A stretch of DNA of 64,000 nt from the human T2T-CHM13v2.0 reference genome, Homo sapiens: the NCBI RefSeq assembly GCF_009914755.1, contig NC_060933.1. One strand, written 5' to 3'. A program made the position numbers and the translations under genes. Numbering within the stretch: position 1 is the stretch's first letter; every line of letters begins with the position of its first letter. Below are positions 59,201-64,000 of the stretch, in pieces. Below the pieces are notes generated by a model. That model saw only the letters and a list, made by a program, of their open reading frames with translations. It was not told the DNA's origin and did not search any database.

Positions 59201-62200
59201 TCTATTGGGGTTAATTCCATTCCATTCCATTCCATTCCAATCCATTCCATTCCTTTCCATTCCATTTAATTCCATTCCATTGCAATCGAGCTGATTCCAT
59301 TCCATTCCATTCCATTCTATTCTATTCCATTCCATTCCATTCCATTCTGGATGATTCCATTCCATTGCATTCCATTCCATTAACTTCCCCTGCACTCGTG
59401 TTTATTCCATTCCATTCCATTTCATTCCATTCCATTCCATTCCATTCCATTCCATTCCATTCCATTCCGGATAATTCCATTCCATTGCATTCCATTCCAT
59501 TCCGTTCCCCTGCACTCGGGTTGATTCCATTCCATTCCATTCCATTCCATTCCGTTCCGTTCCATTCCATTCCATTCTATTGGGGTTAATTCCATTGCAT
59601 TCCATTCTATTACATTTCATTGCAATCAAGTTAATTCCATTCCATTCCATTCCATTCCGGATGATTCCATTCCATTTCATTCCATTCCATTCCATTCCCG
59701 TGCACTCCGGTTGATTCCATTCCATTCCATTCCATTCCATTCCATTCCATTCCATTCCATTCTATTCGGGTTAATTCCATTCCATTCCATTCCATTCCTT
59801 TCCATTCCATTTAATTCCATTCCATTGCAATCGAGCTGATTCCATTCCATTCCATTCCATTCTATTCCATTCCATTCCATTCCATTCCATTCTGGATGAT
59901 TCCATTAGATTGCATTCCATTCCATTAAATTCCCCTGCACTCGTGTTTATTCCATTCCATTCCATTCCATTCCATTCCATTCCATTCCGGATGATTCCAT
60001 TCCATTGCATTCCATTCCACTCCGTTACCCTGCACTCGGGTTGATTCCATTACATTCCATTCAATTCCATTCCGTTCCATTCCATTCAATTCCATTCTAT
60101 TGGGGTTAATTCCATTCCATTCCATTCCATTACATTTCATTGCAATCTAGTTAATTCCAATCCATTCCATTCCTTTCCGGATGATTCCATTCCATTCCAT
60201 TCCATTCCATTCTATTCCATTCAATTCCGTTCCGTTCCGTTCCGTTCCATTCCATTCAATTACATTCGGATTGATTCTATTCAATTCCCTTACACTAGAT
60301 TGCATTCCATTCCATTCGGGTTGTTTCCATTCCATTCCATTCCATTCAACTCCATTCCATTGCACTCGGGTTGATTCAATTGCATTCCATTCCATTCCAT
60401 TCCATTCCATTCCGGATGAATCCATTCCATTGCATTCCATTCCATTCCATTCCCCTGCAGTCGGTTTGATTCCATTCCATTCCATTCCGTTCCATTCCAT
60501 TCAATTCTATTCGGGTTAATTCCTTTCCATTCCATTCCATTCTATTCCATTCCATTCAATTGCAATCGAGCTGATTGCATTCCATTCCATTAGATTCCAT
60601 TCCATTCCATTCCGGATGATTCCATTCCATTGCATTCCATTCCATTCCATTCCCCTGCACTCGGGTTGATTCCATTCCATTCCATTCCATTCCATTGCGT
60701 TCCATTCCATTCCATTCCATTCTATTCGGGATAATTCCATTCCATTCCATTCAATTCCATTCCATTCCATTGCAATCGAGTTGATTCCATTCCATTCCCT
60801 TCCATTCCATTCCAGTCCTTTCCATTCCATTCCACTCGGGTTGATTCCATTCTATTATTTTCCATTCCATTCCATTCCCTTCCATTCCCCTCTGGTTGAT
60901 TCCATTCCTTTCCATTCCACTCGAATACATTCCCTTCTATTCCACTCGGATTGATTCCATTCCATTCCATTCCATTCTATTCCATTCCTTTCCATTCCAT
61001 TCCATTCCATTCCATTCCATTCCGTTCCATTCCATTCTATTCCGTAACATTCCACTCCATTCCATTCCATTCCATGCCATTCCACTCGGGGTGATTCCAT
61101 TCATTTCCATTCCATTCGGGTGAATCCATTGCATTCCATTGCATTCCATTCCATTCCGTTGCACTAGGGTTGAATCCATTCCATTGCATTCCATTCCATT
61201 CCATTCCATTCCATTCCTTTCCATTCCATTCCATTACATTCGCATTGATTCTATTCAATTCCCTTACACTCCATTGCATTGCATTCCATTCGGGTTGTTT
61301 CCATTCCATTCCATTCCATTCCACTCCATTCCATTGCACTCGGGTTGACTCAATTGCATTCCATTCCATTCCATTTCATTCCATTCCATTCTATTCCATT
61401 CCATTCCGGATGATTCCATTCCATTGCATTCCATTCCATTCCATTCCCCTGCACTCGGGTTGATTCCATTCCATTCCATTCCATTCCATTCCGTTCCATT
61501 CCATTCTATTCTATTCGGGTTAATTCCATTCCATTCCATTCCATTCCATTCCATTCCATTTAATTCCATTCCATAGCAATTGAGCTGATTCCATTCTATT
61601 CCATTCCATTCTATTCCATTCCATTCCATTCCATTCTGGATGATTCCATTCCATTGCATTCCATTCCATTATATACCACTGCACATGTGTTGATTCCATT
61701 CCATTCCATTTCATTCCATTCCATTCCATTCCGTTCCATTCCGTTCCATTCCATTCTATTGGGGTTAATTCCATTCCATTCCATTCCATTACATTTCATT
61801 GCAATCGAGTTAATTCCATTCCATTCCATTCCATTCCGGATGATTCCATTCCATTGCCTTCCATTCCATTCCATTCCCCTGCACTCGGGTTGATTCCATT
61901 CCATTCCATTCCATTCCATTCCATTCCATTCCGTTCCATTCCATTCCATTCTATTCGGGATAATTCCATTCCATTCCATTCCATTCCATTCCATTCCTTT
62001 CCATTCCATTTAATTCCATTCCATTGCAATCGAGCTGATTCCATTCCATTCCATTCCATTCCATTCCATTCTATTCTATTCCATTCCATTCCATTCCATT
62101 CTGGATGGTTCCATTCCATTGCATTCCATTCCATTAAATTCCCCTGTACTCGTGTTTATTCCATTCCATTCCATTTCATTCCATTCCATTCCATTACATT

Positions 62201-64000
62201 CCATTCCATTCCATTCCATTCCGGATGATTCCATTCCATTGCATTCCATTCCATTCCGTTCCCCTGCTCTCGGGTTGATTCCATTCCATTCCATTCCATT
62301 CCATTCCGTTCCATTCCGTTCCATTCCATTCTATTGGGGTTAATTCCATTCCATTAAATTCCATTACATTTCATTGCAATCAAGTTAATTCCATTCCATT
62401 CCATTCCATTCCGAATGATTCCATTCCATTCCATTCCATTCCATTCCATTCCATTCCATTCCCCTGCACTTGGGTTGATTCCATTCCATTCCATTCCATT
62501 CCATTCCGTTTCATTCCTTTCCATTCTATTCGGTTTAATTCCATTCCATTCCATTCCATTCCATTCCATTCCTTTCCATTCCATTTAATTCCATTCCGTT
62601 GCAATCGAGCTGATTCCATTCCATTCCATTCCATTCTATTCCATTCCATTCCATTCCATTCCATTCTGGATGATTCCATTCCATTGCATTCCATTCCATT
62701 AAATTCCCCTGCACTCGTGTTGATTCCATTCCATTCCATTCCATTCCATTCCATTCCATTCCGGATGATTCCATTCCATTGCATTCCATTCCACTCCGTT
62801 CCCCTGCACTCAGGTTGATTCCATTACATTCCATTTAATTCCATTCCGTTCCATTCCATTCAATTCCATTCTATTGGGGTTAATTCCATTCCATTCCATT
62901 CCATTACATTTCATTGCAATCGAGTTAATTCCATTCCATTCAATTCCGTTCCGGATAATTCCATTCCATTGCATTCCATTCCATTCCATTCCCCTCCACG
63001 CGAGTTGATTCCATTCCATTCCATTCCATTCCATTCCATTCCATTCCAGTCCTTTCCATTCCATTCCACCCGGGTTGATTCCATTCTATTAGTTTCCATT
63101 CAATTCCATTCCCTTCCATTCCAGTCTGCTTGATTCCATTCCTATCCATTCCACTCGAATACATTCCCTTCTATTCCACTCGGATTGATTCCATTCCATT
63201 CCATTCCATTCCATTCCATTCCATTCCATTCCACTCCATTCCATTGCACTCGGGTTGATTCAATTGCATTCCTTTCTGTTCCATTGCGTTCCGTTCCATT
63301 CAATTATATTCGGGTTAATTCCATTCCATTCCATTCCATTCTATTCCATTCCATTCCATTGCAATCGAGCTGATTGCATTCCATTCCATTAGATTCCATT
63401 CCATTCCATTCTGGATGATTCCATTCCATTGCATTCCATTCCATTCCATTCCCCTGCACTCGGGTTGATTCCATTCCATTCCATTCCATTCCAGTCCATT
63501 CCACTCCGTTCCATTCCATTCCATTCTATTCGGGATAATTCCATTCCATTCCATTCAATTCCATTCCATTCCATTGCAATCGAGTTGATTCCATTCCATT
63601 CCCTTCCATTCCATTCCAGTCCTTTCCATTCCATTCCACTCGGGTTGATTCCATTCTATTATTTTCCATTCCATTCCATTCCCTTCCATTCCACTCTGGT
63701 TGATTCCATTCCTTTCCATTCCACTCGAATACATTCCCTTCTATAACACTCGGATTGATACCATTCCATTCTATTCCATTACATTCCATTCCATGCCATT
63801 CCATTCCGTTCCATTCCATTCTATTCCGTACCATTCCATTCCATTCCATTCCATTCCATGCCATTCCACTCGGGTTGATTCCATTCGTTTCCATTCCATT
63901 CGGGTTGAATCCATTCCATTCCATTCCATTCCATTCCGTTGCACTAGGGTTGAATCCATTCCATTGCATTCCATTCCATTCCATTCCATTCCTTTCCATT
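56300..64000 (+). repeat. Diverged ~2.75-2.95 kb quasi-periodic repeats related to the 27.6-30 kb block
   Basis: ORF offsets 56387/59322 = 2935, 57385/60290 = 2905, 59322/62076 = 2754. Markers CTGCAGTCGG (~28914, ~57550, ~60455) and GCAATCAAGTTAATT (~59622, ~62376). Confidence 0.7.
58019..58033. promoter_or_regulatory. Perfect three-unit heat shock element consensus (nTTCnnGAAnnTTCn); function untested
   Basis: Sequence aTTCcgGAAgaTTCc matches the inverted nGAAn triplet consensus exactly. It is a one-base variant of the abundant TTCcgGATgaTTC cassette. Confidence 0.4.

Larger units (their letters stand above)
1..64000 (+). repeat. Satellite 3 (HSat3 / SatIII) array, diverged (CATTC)n with C-rich strand on +
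   Basis: Continuous CATTC pentamers end to end, interspersed with the Satellite 3 decamer A(C/T)TCGGGTTG (e.g. ~339-348) and relatives (GCAATCGAGTTG, CTATTCGGGTTAA, CCGGATGA). The dense CATTCGATTC pattern of HSat2 is absent. No non-satellite sequence seen. The array runs off both window ends. Confidence 0.97.
20600..64000 (+). repeat. Right sequence domain of the array
   Basis: Diagnostic modules first appear at ~20.6-21.1 kb and then recur throughout: TAAATTCCCCTGCACTCGTG, CTATTGGGGTTAATT, ACATTTCATTGCAATCGAGTTAATT, GCAATCGAGCTGATT. GGATGATTCC and CGGATTGATTCTATTCAATTCCCTTACAC are dense here. Confidence 0.8.

Noticed and set aside
20801-62880. G-quadruplex potential from GGGG/CCCC runs
   Set aside because: The runs are isolated and tens to hundreds of bases apart, so four closely spaced G-tracts do not occur.
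21828-63270. DUX4-like site TGATTCAATTG
   Set aside because: The reverse complement CAATTGAATCA misses the first T of the TAAYYBAATCA consensus, and I saw no perfect copy.
15-63999. Hundreds of 60-312 aa ORFs on both strands
   Set aside because: A stop-free pentamer repeat reads as MEWNG or IPFHS in all frames. The ORFs overlap in every frame and show no domain or gene structure.
1-64000. CRISPR-like alternation of conserved motifs and spacers
   Set aside because: The spacers are CATTC runs rather than unique sequences, there are no cas genes or leader, and the context is primate satellite.
1-64000. Assignment to HSat2, or to a fixed-period array such as DYZ1 (~3.6 kb) or D15Z1 (~1.8 kb)
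   Set aside because: CATTCGATTC is only sporadic and no constant 3.6 or 1.8 kb period is visible. Subfamily and chromosome need a k-mer or alignment search that I cannot run.
1-64000. Alu/L1 or other insertions, telomeric repeats, alpha satellite or CENP-B boxes, large inversions
   Set aside because: No stretch departs from the CATTC framework for more than a few tens of bases. There are no poly(A) tails, TTAGGG arrays or extended GAATG tracts on the + strand.

Overview
The whole 64 kb window is one uninterrupted, single-orientation array of classical (CATTC)n/(GAATG)n satellite. It carries the A(C/T)TCGGGTTG decamer characteristic of human/hominid Satellite 3 (HSat3, pericentromeric or acrocentric-type heterochromatin); chromosome and subfamily cannot be assigned by eye. 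I find no genes, RNA genes, transposon insertions, CRISPR arrays or large inversions, and every listed ORF is the 5-aa periodic read-out of the pentamer (MEWNG / IPFHS). The real structure is internal: a small vocabulary of interrupting cassettes in fixed order, two sequence domains with a transition at about 16.6-20.6 kb, and nested duplications of different ages (2.4 kb x3, ~5.4 kb x2, a near-identical 4.9 kb x2 with a junction mappable to 26 bp, and blocks recurring at 13-15 kb). The 5-bp register is almost never broken. The most functionally suggestive signal is a heat-shock-element-like motif (TTCcgGATgaTTC, perfect at 58019-58033) built into one cassette and concentrated in the right domain. 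I cannot support a new gene-based system. All alignments and counts were made by eye and block ends are approximate.
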